The notes beneath the pieces are model-generated. The model searched no databases and was not told the DNA's origin. It was given only the letters and a program-made list of their open reading frames with translations. From IMG/VR virus record IMGVR_UViG_3300027901_000001: 64,000 nt of DNA; one strand, written 5' to 3'. Source of the stretch: a virus. This document shows, piece by piece, positions 18,061 to 27,241 of the stretch. Position 1 is the stretch's first letter. Each line of letters begins with the position of its first letter. The position numbers and the translations under genes were made by a program.

Positions 18061-18408
18061 TCAGAATAGCCCTTTTTCCTTTTTTCCGGGGCACCCATGC
18101 GAGAGTATCCCCGTGGTGGAACTGGCACGCCGATCGCGTTTGGTCCACCGGCCGCACAGGTCGCACTTCACCTCCTCCCGGGAGACGCCCTGGTGATCGG
18201 TGATTCGCTCCCCGCGATAGAAGACACCTCGGTCATACAAACCAGCGGTCTGCAACTGCATCGCATCGACCGCCTCATCAAAGGTGTCGTGCTTGCTGAT
18301 CGTCTGCCATCGTCCGTAGCAGACCTGTCCCCGAGGACGGAACGGGTTGTAGGCCGCCGCCTCGACAGACCGCTTCTTGTAGATGAACTTGGGCTCACGC
18401 TTCTTCAT
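18061..18408 (-). CDS. Hypothetical protein (paralogue of 18783-19028)
   Basis: GRWQTISKHDTFDEAV...VFYRGERI; C-terminal CDLC. Confidence 0.55.
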   Translation of the reverse strand: MKKREPKFIYKKRSVEAAAYNPFRPRGQVCYGRWQTISKHDTFDEAVDAMQLQTAGLYDRGVFYRGERITDHQGVSREEVKCDLCGRWTKRDRRASSTTGILSHGCPGKKEKGLF

Positions 18409-18587
18409 CCCGAACCTCTCCGTTCGAGTTCCCCCACCAGCTCCCGGAAAGATTCCCACATCCGTTTGTAGTCCTCATCCGAGATATCGGAATGGTAATG
18501 CTCAAAAGGCCAACCGCAGTCGAGCTGCCCATTGATCAGGTCCGCTACGTGCTTGCAGACAACCTTTTTCGCTTCAGCCTTGGTCAT
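18405..18587 (-). CDS. Hypothetical protein
   Basis: GGAGG RBS, coupled ORF. Confidence 0.5.
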   Translation of the reverse strand: MTKAEAKKVVCKHVADLINGQLDCGWPFEHYHSDISDEDYKRMWESFRELVGELERRGSG

Positions 18588-18790
18588 TTGGCATCTCCTC
18601 CGAAGCCACATACCTTCAGCACACCGCGAGCCCAGTCAGGCTTCTCCCGCACAATACGCATCGCCCAGACCACATCCTCATCGGTAACCCCTGGCAAGTT
18701 TCCGGCCCCGTCAAACTTGGCGCTGAGAATGCGCCGGAGCCTGATCCGATACGGTCGCCACCTGTCGGGGCGTAGGCGTCCTCTACCCAT
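18584..18790 (-). CDS. Hypothetical protein
   Basis: Probable start MGRGRLRP. Confidence 0.45.
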   Translation of the reverse strand: MGRGRLRPDRWRPYRIRLRRILSAKFDGAGNLPGVTDEDVVWAMRIVREKPDWARGVLKVCGFGGDAK

Positions 18791-19028
18791 GTATCTTTCT
18801 CCCCCGGTACCAAACCGAGTAGCCAGCAAAACATCCCCGACCAGAACGCTGGTCCTTGGCAAGGTCATCGCAAAGCGCGACCGCTTCCTTGCGTTTGCGG
18901 AAAGAAGCGATGGTCCGCCACGGCCCCCATCGATGCGGATCGCCGTCTCCCAGACGTTGCGCACTCGCGCTGGGCAGCACCCCGCGCTGCTTCACGATGA
19001 ACCTGGCGGCACGCTTAGACATTTGCAT
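18783..19028 (-). CDS. Hypothetical protein
   Basis: GPWRTIASFRKRKEAV...VWYRGRKI. Confidence 0.5.
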   Translation of the reverse strand: MQMSKRAARFIVKQRGVLPSASAQRLGDGDPHRWGPWRTIASFRKRKEAVALCDDLAKDQRSGRGCFAGYSVWYRGRKIHG

Positions 19029-19314
19029 CTCCAATGAGCCCAGCGGCCCGCAACAGGCCGGGTACACCCAGGCCCTTGGAAACGTATCCAGACCAGATCT
19101 CGTGACCACTTTCATCCTTCACGAAACCCATCCATTTGAATCCGATATTCTGCCCCCCGCGAGCGGGCTTGTACGGGATACGCACGCGCCGCCCGCGCTC
19201 CACACCTAAGTAGAACTTCTTGCCCTCGACCAGGACGGTCATGTACCTGGTGTCCGCGTCGTACTTCGACGTGTGGCGGTCGACCACCTCGAACTGCTTT
19301 TTGCGTTTAGACAT
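19015..19314 (-). CDS. Hypothetical basic protein
   Basis: Coupled ORF. Confidence 0.6.
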   Translation of the reverse strand: MSKRKKQFEVVDRHTSKYDADTRYMTVLVEGKKFYLGVERGRRVRIPYKPARGGQNIGFKWMGFVKDESGHEIWSGYVSKGLGVPGLLRAAGLIGDANV

Positions 19315-19633
19315 CTCTCAGGTACCTCCGGTATCCCGCCAGGTAGCCAGCGAGAATCGCGGCCTTCTTCCTGCTCTTCGCCAGCGCCAGGGCCTCGGAC
19401 CTCCATTCGGGGGTATTCGGTTCGCACGCAGCGAATATCCGACGAATCACCGAGATGAGATGGACTGTCCTTTGCAGTTCCCACCTTGCGTGCTTCTCGG
19501 CAGCAATCACGTTGTCCAGGCTCTCATCGTTCGCCCAGGACAAGGCATCTTCGCGAGCCTTCCGCATGAACCGACGCAGCTTCTTGGTGTTGTTGGTCAT
19601 TACAATCAGCACACCTCTCCGTCGATCGTCCAC
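19307..19633 (-). CDS. Hypothetical protein
   Basis: Coupled ORF. Confidence 0.55.
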   Translation of the reverse strand: MDDRRRGVLIVMTNNTKKLRRFMRKAREDALSWANDESLDNVIAAEKHARWELQRTVHLISVIRRIFAACEPNTPEWRSEALALAKSRKKAAILAGYLAGYRRYLRDV

Positions 19634-20088
19634 TCCACGTCGAAGGTAAAGGCCACGCCGTTGCCATCGACCGTCTCATCCCTTTTCTTGAAAACCGCCT
19701 CGACCCCCGCGCACGGACCATCCTCTTTATGGGGGGCAAGCTCGATGATGCGGTTGCGGTCAACAGCGCCGTTCAGCATGTTGAGAACGCGCTGCTCCAG
19801 GTCCTCACATTCCTCCGGCCCAACGCCGTTGACCAGGGCGCGCACCGTAATATCCTCGTGGTCCTTCACGACCAGATAGTTGGTACCGCTGTCGAAACCG
19901 CGAACACCCTGGTATTCGTAAAAACCAACACCGTTATTATCGACACCGACCTCTACGGCCGCGTCTGCCAGCATCTGTTCCAGCAACCAAAACTGGCCCA
20001 GGGGGCCTTCTAAGTCGCTGTTAAGACAGAAGAAAACCTCGTACTCTTGCCTCACAAAATCCCTCCTTCCACCTATCAACGTAACCAT
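19606..20088 (-). CDS. Hypothetical acidic protein
   Basis: ORF downstream of a divergent promoter region. Confidence 0.55.
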   Translation of the reverse strand: MVTLIGGRRDFVRQEYEVFFCLNSDLEGPLGQFWLLEQMLADAAVEVGVDNNGVGFYEYQGVRGFDSGTNYLVVKDHEDITVRALVNGVGPEECEDLEQRVLNMLNGAVDRNRIIELAPHKEDGPCAGVEAVFKKRDETVDGNGVAFTFDVEWTIDGEVC

Positions 20089-20131
20089 CTTTCATGGCCC
20101 GTCAATTCCTTTCTACCATAGGAGACGCCTC

Positions 20132-20160
20132 TTGACAATGCTTTCTAATACGATTATATT
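20132..20160 (+). promoter_or_regulatory. sigma70-type promoter TTGACA-N17-TATATT
   Basis: Near-consensus; start of the plus-strand block. Confidence 0.8.
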
Positions 20161-20378
20161 AAATAGTGGAGGCAGGGAAATTCCAGGGAAGGCCACGTAC
20201 CAGGAGGCTTACCAGGCGGCCCAGACAGGCCGCATGGAGAGCTGTCCCAAGTGCGGAAAACCGGGCCGGGTCAAGCTCTTTGCTGGTGGCTCCGTGGCCG
20301 TTTTTCACGAAACTGCCTCTGGCCGGGAAGGGTGCTTTTTCCAGGCCCCCAGGCGACAAAAGAAGCTGGGGCCTGTTC

Positions 20379-20406
20379 TTGACAAACGCTCCTCAGTGGC
20401 TAAGAT
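20379..20406 (+). promoter_or_regulatory. sigma70-type promoter TTGACA-N16-TAAGAT
   Basis: Followed by a GGAAGGAGGG RBS. Confidence 0.7.
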
Positions 20407-20431
20407 AGATAGAGGAAGGAGGGAAAAATCT

Positions 20432-20968
20432 GTGGCAAAGCTCAACAGGTTCCCGCTGTTCGGCCTCTGGAATCGCGTGGCGGCCGAGCTAATCGGGTAT
20501 CCAGAACACGAGGCCAAGGCCATCGGCCACGGCGTCGCTGTGCTGTTCGCCATCCGTGCTCGCGGTGGAGGCCGGAGCAAGAAGGCGGGCGGCGGCAACG
20601 GTGCCGGGGGCGAGACGCCTATTATCGAAAAGCCCGAGTCGATCCGATTCGGCGGGGATGATCTGCCGGTGATCTACCAGGGCGAGAATGAGGAGACCTT
20701 CATTTGCCGCGTAGGCGGCGGGACCCCTCAGACCCCAGCGAGCTATGATTCTGCGGTTGAGGCCAAGATACCGGCCGACTACCGCGAACGGCTCACGGAG
20801 GCATTTCGCAAGGCCCTGGGCGCGTTTCCAAAGGCAAGCCTGGACGGCCGTATCATTTACAAGGTCTATGACGGCTGGAAGAAGGAGTGCGCAGCCGGGC
20901 GCAGCGTGGACCTCGACAAGCTCATCGAGTGGTGCGAGCGTTACGCAGCCAGAAAAGCGGCAGCCTGA
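20432..20968 (+). CDS. Hypothetical early protein
   Basis: GTG start after a strong RBS; frame is open upstream to 20132. Confidence 0.7.
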   Translation: MAKLNRFPLFGLWNRVAAELIGYPEHEAKAIGHGVAVLFAIRARGGGRSKKAGGGNGAGGETPIIEKPESIRFGGDDLPVIYQGENEETFICRVGGGTPQTPASYDSAVEAKIPADYRERLTEAFRKALGAFPKASLDGRIIYKVYDGWKKECAAGRSVDLDKLIEWCERYAARKAAA

Positions 20969-21477
20969 TGGGAGGCAAGGCAAACGGCGGCCGGAGGGTC
21001 GACTGGCAGGAAGCCTGGGACCTCGGGATGAGAATCATCGAGGCCGCTGACGAGGATGGCACCCTCCAGGACGCCATCATCGTAGGGTCGGTCCGGCGCT
21101 GGGCCGTGGATGAGAACGGCACTGTCGGCGATGTCGATATCGTGATGATTCCGCCGGAGGGCCTGGGCGATCAACTCCGAGCTTTCCTGCTCACCGAGTT
21201 CAACATCAATGGCGGCGCGCATAAGCTGAGCGGCCTGGTCGATGGCGTGCAGGTCGATATCCTGCTCACTGATGACGACAGCGCGGGCGCGGCCTTGATG
21301 TACCTGACCGGTCCAAAGGAGCGCAACATCCAGCAGCGGACCAAGGCCAAGCGCAAGGGCTACAAGCTCAACGAGTACGGGCTGTGGAAGGACGGCGAAA
21401 AACTCCCGTGCTCCTGCAACGAAGAACTCATCTACAAGGAGCTGGACCTGAAGTGGCTCGAACCTCAAAACAGATAA
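20968..21477 (+). CDS. polX: Minimal DNA polymerase X (palm and C-terminal subdomains only)
   Basis: GSVRR..VGDVDIV, VQVDILL, GAALMYLTG, GYKLNEYGL; about 169 aa. Confidence 0.9.
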   Translation: MGGKANGGRRVDWQEAWDLGMRIIEAADEDGTLQDAIIVGSVRRWAVDENGTVGDVDIVMIPPEGLGDQLRAFLLTEFNINGGAHKLSGLVDGVQVDILLTDDDSAGAALMYLTGPKERNIQQRTKAKRKGYKLNEYGLWKDGEKLPCSCNEELIYKELDLKWLEPQNR

Positions 21478-22316
21478 TGACCGAGGCCGAGATTCTCGGC
21501 TGGTACGTCAGTCACTACGGCGACCTTTCCCCCGACGCCCTGTACTGGGTAGAGCGAGAGTTCGAGGACCTGGCATGGATGGAGCCCAAGGTCGACGGCA
21601 TCTGGACAGCGATGTTCGTCCAGGCAAACGGCCTGGACTTCGAGCTAGTCTCGCGCCTGGGTAAGGACCGCCGCTGGTCTTTCGACCTGCCCCGGTTGTC
21701 CCGGCCGCTACCGGGAAACAGCGTGGTGATTGGCGAGCTAGAGGCGTCAACGTCCGCCGGGGCCAGGGCCGCACGCGCACGCGGGTATGCGCGCCTGCAC
21801 GCGCATGACTGCTTAATGATCGGCGGTGATGACCTCCGGCCTCCCATCTGCGATACGCTCCAGCGTCGCAATATCCTGGAAGCGTTCACGCCCATGCTGG
21901 AAGCCAACGATGGCCGGATCGAGTTGGTCCCGCGCTGGCTGTGCGCGTTCCGGGAAGAGTACGATCGGCACGTCGCCACCGGGGGCGAGGGCGTCATGGT
22001 CAAGGTCGTGCAGCCCGATGAAGATATCTGGTGGCGCGTGAAGCGTGAAGTCACCCTGGACTACGTGCTGGTCAGCGAAGGCCGGACCGATACCGGCAAC
22101 CGAACCGGGCTGCTGGGCCTGTTCATCGACGGCACACTGACGCCGGTGATGAAGTGCCCGGTGCCCATTAGATATCTGCACCCGAAACACTACGGCCACC
22201 TGGTGGTCGAAGTCAAAGCATTCGAGCAGTTTCCGAGCGGGGCCGCGAAATCGGCTCAGTTCGTCCGTGTCAGAGATGACAAACCCGTGTCGTCTTGCAT
22301 TCTAAAGGCGGCATAA
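21477..22316 (+). CDS. Minimal ATP-dependent DNA ligase
   Basis: EPKVDG (motif I), IGEL, HDCL, GEGVMVK, WWRVK, OB-fold FVRVRDDK. Confidence 0.85.
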   Translation: MTEAEILGWYVSHYGDLSPDALYWVEREFEDLAWMEPKVDGIWTAMFVQANGLDFELVSRLGKDRRWSFDLPRLSRPLPGNSVVIGELEASTSAGARAARARGYARLHAHDCLMIGGDDLRPPICDTLQRRNILEAFTPMLEANDGRIELVPRWLCAFREEYDRHVATGGEGVMVKVVQPDEDIWWRVKREVTLDYVLVSEGRTDTGNRTGLLGLFIDGTLTPVMKCPVPIRYLHPKHYGHLVVEVKAFEQFPSGAAKSAQFVRVRDDKPVSSCILKAA

Positions 22317-22332
22317 TTGGAAGGAGGGAAAC

Positions 22333-22968
22333 GTGGCAAATATCAGAGTATCTCACGAAAAAGCCCGAGGCTGCGGCTACCGCAAAGGCGGCGGCACGTA
22401 CCTCATCGGCGGCGATGCCTTCTCCGCCTGCGGGAAGCTGCCCTATCCGCTGAAGCCGTGCGAGCACTGCGGCGAGGGACTCAGGTTCTTCCGGGGTTTC
22501 CGCTGGATCAATCCGCAGTCGTTCATCGACCCAAAGCCGTGCGTTGAGGAAGGCATCCATTCCATGCAGTGCACAACGTGTTCCATGTCCGGCAATATCC
22601 CCGAGCGCGCCGGGCTCATGTGGGTCGGCAAGAAGTTCTACTCGCCCGAGAGTTTCCTGGTCGAGGTGCAGAAGATGGGGCTGTCCAAGCGGCTGTCCAC
22701 CATCCCGAAGGAGCTGCTCGACAACCTGGGCACCGTCCGCGTTTACCTGATGCACCCCGAAGCGTGCACCGATGCAGAGGGCAAGCCCGCACCCGGAATC
22801 TTCTGCTCGTTCGTCCCGCGCAAGATCGAGTACGTGGTGCGCGGCGACGAAACCGAAGAAGAGCTGGAGCGCAAGGAGAAGCGCGGCATCGAGCTGGTCA
22901 AGGTCGTGCCCGAAGAGGAAACGACCACACTGGAGGATGTCGCTACTCGTCACGCTGCTGAAAACTAA
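22333..22968 (+). CDS. Cys-rich hypothetical phage protein
   Basis: RGCGYRK, CGKLP, CEHCG, CTTC. Confidence 0.7.
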   Translation: MANIRVSHEKARGCGYRKGGGTYLIGGDAFSACGKLPYPLKPCEHCGEGLRFFRGFRWINPQSFIDPKPCVEEGIHSMQCTTCSMSGNIPERAGLMWVGKKFYSPESFLVEVQKMGLSKRLSTIPKELLDNLGTVRVYLMHPEACTDAEGKPAPGIFCSFVPRKIEYVVRGDETEEELERKEKRGIELVKVVPEEETTTLEDVATRHAAEN

Positions 22969-22975
22969 CCGGTTC

Positions 22976-23004
22976 TTGACAAACTTGGCTTACCTTATTA
23001 GATT
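22976..23004 (+). promoter_or_regulatory. sigma70-type promoter TTGACA-N17-TAGATT
   Basis: Upstream of the second GHKL gene. Confidence 0.8.
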
Positions 23005-23034
23005 CATAAGCACAACCTTTTGGAAGGAGGGACC

Positions 23035-24381
23035 GTGGCAATTATCGAGCTGAGTATTAAGGAGACCTACGTCCCCTCCTGGGGCACCTGGGAGTGCCTT
23101 CGGGAGGCCATGCAGAACGGCATGGACGAAGACAAGCGGGGCTACAAGCTGACCGTGAAGTACCGAAACGGGCAGCTCCACATCCAAAACATCGGTGCCG
23201 ACATGACGACTGAAGCGTTGCTCATGGGCGAGACCGACAAGGCCGAGAACGCAGAGCTGCTGGGCGAGCACGGCGAGGGCCTGGGCGTCGGCATCCTGGC
23301 CGGAGTGCGCGCCGGGTACGACATCACCATCAGAACCCAGACCGAAATCTGGAAGCCGTTTATCGGATCGTCCAACAACTTCCGAGGCCGCAACGTCCTG
23401 AAGGTCCGCACGCGCAAGCTGAAGGTACGGCGCGGCGATGTCACCGTCTCCATCACGATGCCGGAGGAGACCTGGGAGGAGGCCAAGGACCTGTTCCTGC
23501 CGTTCGCCACGCTCGACCGGGCCAAGCATCTTATCGAGATCGAAGGCCGGGGAGCCATCATCCGGGACGAGAAGTTCAAGGGGCGCGTGTACGTGAAGGG
23601 AATCTTCGTGCAGCACATCCCCGAGCTGGTGATGGGCTACAACCTACTCGACTTCAGGGTCGACCGCGACCGCCGCCTGATCGACACCTGGAACCTGAAG
23701 TGGGAACTGGCCTCGATGTATCGAGAGGCTATCCGTAAACGACCCGAAGCGATGGCCCCGGAAGTCTACGCCATGCTGCGCGACGGCAAGATGGACACCC
23801 AGAGCCTGGAGCACAACTCCGACGAAGAGGTCACCGAAGCCCTGGCCCAAGAATTCATCGCCGAGCACGGCGAAAATTCGGTCCCGGTCAAATCCATCGG
23901 CGAAGCCGTGGACATCAGTAACGCCAACAAGCACGGCGTCGTGGTCAACGACACGCTGGCCAAGGTCCTGGCCGCGTCCAGGACGGTACAGACCTCCGAA
24001 GAGGTCAAGCAGGCGCTGGCCAAGTCGATCACCGCGACCTACTCCTGGAGCGACCTGACCGCGATCGAGCAGGCCAACCTCCAGGCTGCCGCCGCCATCG
24101 TCGACGCCGTACTGCCGTCCTTCCTGGAGAGCCACCACGTGGAGCCCGTCCTGAACATCATCCAGGTAGCGGACTTCTACCAGGAGGACCTGGTAGGAGA
24201 AATCCGGGACGGCCGCGTCGTGTTGGCCCGGAAGGTCCTTACCACCCAGGAGGAGATTCTGGAGCACCTGGTCCACGAGCTGGCCCACATCATCAGCGGC
24301 GCGGACGACGGCATGATCCGCCATACCCGCGCCATCGAGAGCCTGTGGTCGGCCCTCTACTGGAAGGGAAGGGGAAACTGA
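23035..24381 (+). CDS. GHKL ATPase with C-terminal HExxH domain
   Basis: LREAMQNGMDE, GEHGEGLGVG; LVHELAH. Confidence 0.85.
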   Translation: MAIIELSIKETYVPSWGTWECLREAMQNGMDEDKRGYKLTVKYRNGQLHIQNIGADMTTEALLMGETDKAENAELLGEHGEGLGVGILAGVRAGYDITIRTQTEIWKPFIGSSNNFRGRNVLKVRTRKLKVRRGDVTVSITMPEETWEEAKDLFLPFATLDRAKHLIEIEGRGAIIRDEKFKGRVYVKGIFVQHIPELVMGYNLLDFRVDRDRRLIDTWNLKWELASMYREAIRKRPEAMAPEVYAMLRDGKMDTQSLEHNSDEEVTEALAQEFIAEHGENSVPVKSIGEAVDISNANKHGVVVNDTLAKVLAASRTVQTSEEVKQALAKSITATYSWSDLTAIEQANLQAAAAIVDAVLPSFLESHHVEPVLNIIQVADFYQEDLVGEIRDGRVVLARKVLTTQEEILEHLVHELAHIISGADDGMIRHTRAIESLWSALYWKGRGN

Positions 24382-24539
24382 TGAGAAAGTACATCGTTAC
24401 CCAGATGGGCAACGCGGGCTGGTACTATTCAGCCTACCTGTTGCCCAGAGGCCATACGAACCTGATACTGGTAGGCAAGTTCCACTGTCGGTACCGGGCC
24501 AGGAAAGCGTTGCTGGCTGCCGAACGACTTTTCCGATAA
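24381..24539 (+). CDS. Small hypothetical protein
   Basis: TGATG overlap, GGAAGGGG RBS. Confidence 0.45.
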   Translation: MRKYIVTQMGNAGWYYSAYLLPRGHTNLILVGKFHCRYRARKALLAAERLFR

Positions 24540-24553
24540 GGCAGTCGACTGCC
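24540..24553. repeat. 14-bp palindrome, copy 4
   Basis: Directly after a TAA and before the next GGAGG RBS. Confidence 0.95.
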
Positions 24554-24567
24554 TCCTGGAGGAAACC

Positions 24568-25047
24568 GTGATCGGAGAAATCACCCACATCCTCATCAAG
24601 GAAATCCCGGACGCCCGCGTCACCTGGCGACGGTCGGATTTGGATGGATTGATCTTGGAGGTCCGGGTAATCGACCCCCCTTTCGAGTCCAATCATGTGC
24701 TCGACGAAAACGTCTTAAGAACACCGCCACCGTTCCGGATACAGGTAGCCAAAGAGATCGCCGCTCACATCATCTTCGACTACCAGAAAGAGCACGGCTC
24801 TCCTATGTCCCGGCGTACCGTGATGCGCCAGTACGCCATCTACGATCACCCCAAGGATTTCCCCAATCACTGGGTCGTCCGGGGCTGGGAAGTCATCGAC
24901 GGAATGCTCAAGCCGCAGCCCGATGCCGAGCCCATCCTATGCAAGAGCATAGAGGAGGCCCGGAACCATATCAGAAATCTCGTGCCCTACGCCTTGCTCA
25001 TAACTATCGACGATCCAGATCCTCACCTGGTCGAAGTCTGGGGGTAA
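24568..25047 (+). CDS. Hypothetical phage protein
   Basis: C-terminal YDHPKDFP...VEVWG domain. Confidence 0.7.
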   Translation: MIGEITHILIKEIPDARVTWRRSDLDGLILEVRVIDPPFESNHVLDENVLRTPPPFRIQVAKEIAAHIIFDYQKEHGSPMSRRTVMRQYAIYDHPKDFPNHWVVRGWEVIDGMLKPQPDAEPILCKSIEEARNHIRNLVPYALLITIDDPDPHLVEVWG

Positions 25048-25056
25048 AATACCGGT

Positions 25057-25341
25057 GTGGAGCCGCAACCAAATCCCGCCGGAATGAGCCCCCGGATCGT
25101 CCGCTGCTATGGCATCTACAAGCACCCACCGCAGTATCCGGGATGGTGGGCCATCTGGGGCTGGCGGCGGCTCCAGAAGGGCTTTCAGGGCACGCCTGAG
25201 CCCATTCTGGTGGAAAGCCTCCAGGAGGCCCAGCAGACCGTGGAGAGGCTCCTGGGGCCGGGAGCACGCCAGGTCCGCAGCTTCGACCCGAATCCCGTAG
25301 AGGTCTGGGGGGTCCGGTCCGTCGAACCCCTTTCTAAGTAA
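25057..25341 (+). CDS. Paralogue of the C-terminal domain of 24568-25047
   Basis: YKHPPQYP...PEPILVESLQEA...VEVWG. Confidence 0.7.
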   Translation: MEPQPNPAGMSPRIVRCYGIYKHPPQYPGWWAIWGWRRLQKGFQGTPEPILVESLQEAQQTVERLLGPGARQVRSFDPNPVEVWGVRSVEPLSK

Positions 25342-25407
25342 GGAAATAAATCCGGCCGAATGTTGCGTTTTTTTCGCCCCCGATGTCGTTTTTGCCCCTG
25401 ACCCTTC

Positions 25408-25436
25408 TTGACTATTCATTCTGACTGTATTAGATT
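25408..25436 (+). promoter_or_regulatory. sigma70-type promoter TTGACT-N17-TAGATT
   Basis: Spacer contains CTGACTGTAT; GGAAGGAGGG RBS follows. Confidence 0.8.
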
Positions 25437-25459
25437 GGATAGTGGAAGGAGGGAATAGC

Positions 25460-26676
25460 GTGAAGGCCCGTCGACTGAAGCCCGCGCCACTACTGCGGCC
25501 AACGAAAGAGGCCCTGAAGGAGCTGCAAACCTTCTGGGCCAACTCCATCACCGCCTGCGTAGCGAACCTTTCGGCCGAGAAGAAGGCGGCCGAGGAGGAG
25601 CACTACGAGCGCCTGGCCGAAGCTGCCGAAGAAGAGCGCATCGCCAGATTCAACGGAGGCAAGCCCGCGTGACGAGAGCCAGAGACAGCCAAGGCCGATA
25701 CGACTTCGAGCCTGCCTGCGACTGCTGCGGTAAGCCCTGCGGCTCCACGGTGGACGGCTACCTTACGGATGACGAGGTCTGCGGCAACACGGATGGTCCC
25801 GGCTTCTTCCTCTGCGACCGGAAACGGTGTGCCGCGAAACGCGAGGGTCTCACGGTCGAACAGCGCCGCGAACTCTACACCCGGCAGCGCGCCATCAACG
25901 AGGCAAGAAAGGCAAGGACCGCGTGACCGCCGAGAACCACTGGCACCGCCGTCCGAAAGGCAAAGGCCCGTGCAGCATCTGCGGCTGCCCGAGCACGATT
26001 CGCGCCATCCACCGCACCACTACAGACAAGGAAAAAGCGAACCAGACCGACCCAACCACCGGGCGCGGTTACGACTGGCTCTGCTACTACGTCATGGGAT
26101 ACGGGATGGACAGCGAGGATGCTTTCGTCCAAAGCGACGGACTGAAGGAGCGTGACGTGGCCTGGACCGATCCCGAAGCCCCTCCGATACCGGAGGACTG
26201 GAGGAGGGAAGCGTGAACTGGTGGGACAAGCCCGAAGTCCAGGACGAGTACGAGCGCCGCTACCGGCAGCTCATCATCGAGCCTGCCGTGCAGCCGGAGC
26301 CCACCAAGGACAACCCAGCCCTCTGGGACATCGACCCGGAGGCGTTCAAACCCAAGCCACGGAAGGAGGAACTCAATTGACCAAGTGCCCCGCATGTAGC
26401 CACACCAAAGGCCGCGACTACCGCCCCGAGAAGTTCCACGGCGAAGTCCGGGAGTGCGCCCGCTGCGGCGCGATCTTCACCTACAACGGCGCGGCCATCT
26501 ACGTGGGCGAAAGCTACCTCATCGTCAGCCCCTGGTTCGTCGATGAGGGCCAGGACACGCCGGAGGTGAACGAGCGCGCCCGCTACTACGACTTGACCTG
26601 CCTGGGCAGCAAGGGCATCACCCGTCGCCACGGCTGGTTCGATCCGCAGACCAAACGCATCACGCAGGTAGGATAG
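25460..26676 (+). other. Run of five small coupled ORFs (25460-25672, 25669-25926, 25923-26216, 26213-26380, 26377-26676), three with CxxC fingers
   Basis: GTGA/TTGA stop-start overlaps and RBSs; 26213-26380 translated by hand (MNWWDKPEV...). Confidence 0.65.
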
Positions 26677-26686
26677 GGAAACAACG

Positions 26687-27241
26687 ATGCGCTTGAAAGA
26701 TTGGCTGAAAAGCACCGGCAAAACAAATATGGCGTTCTCTTTTGAAGCGGAAGTTAGCATTTCATCGATTCAACGAATCCTGAGAGGACACGCCGCCTCC
26801 TATCGAGTTGCAGAGAAGGTAAGTGCAGCAACACATGGCAAGGTTTCCACAAAGGAATTGATGCGAGGAGAAAAAAAACCTTCTCTCTCACCAACATCCA
26901 AAATGAGCCCGAACAATACCGGGCTCGCGCATCTCCTCACGGCTGTCGCGGCCAAGTGCGAGACCGACAAGCAGCTCCAGGCCGCCATCAAAGCGTTGAA
27001 GAAAGAGCTGGCCAGACGCAAGCTGAACCGCCACATCGAGCGCGTCCGCAGTGCCGCCAAGAAACTCACCGAGGCCGAGCGTAAGGCCATCGAAGGTGGA
27101 GAGCGGGACCGTATTCTGAATACCACGGACGATGCTGTCCGGGACCGACTGCGGAAAAACAAGCTCGTCTGCCACGACTCGTACTACCTCACCATGCTAG
27201 GCCGCAACGTGGCCTACCTCATCGAGCAAGGAGCCGCATGA
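26687..27241 (+). CDS. Cro/XRE-like HTH fusion protein
   Basis: MRLKDWLK..NMAFSFEAEVSISSIQRILRG. Confidence 0.65.
   Translation: MRLKDWLKSTGKTNMAFSFEAEVSISSIQRILRGHAASYRVAEKVSAATHGKVSTKELMRGEKKPSLSPTSKMSPNNTGLAHLLTAVAAKCETDKQLQAAIKALKKELARRKLNRHIERVRSAAKKLTEAERKAIEGGERDRILNTTDDAVRDRLRKNKLVCHDSYYLTMLGRNVAYLIEQGAA

Noticed and set aside
18517-21010. Weaker look-alikes of the palindrome (GCAGTCGAGCTGCC near 18517, GGGTCGACTGGC near 20997)
   Set aside because: They need an indel or several mismatches and could arise by chance in high-GC DNA.
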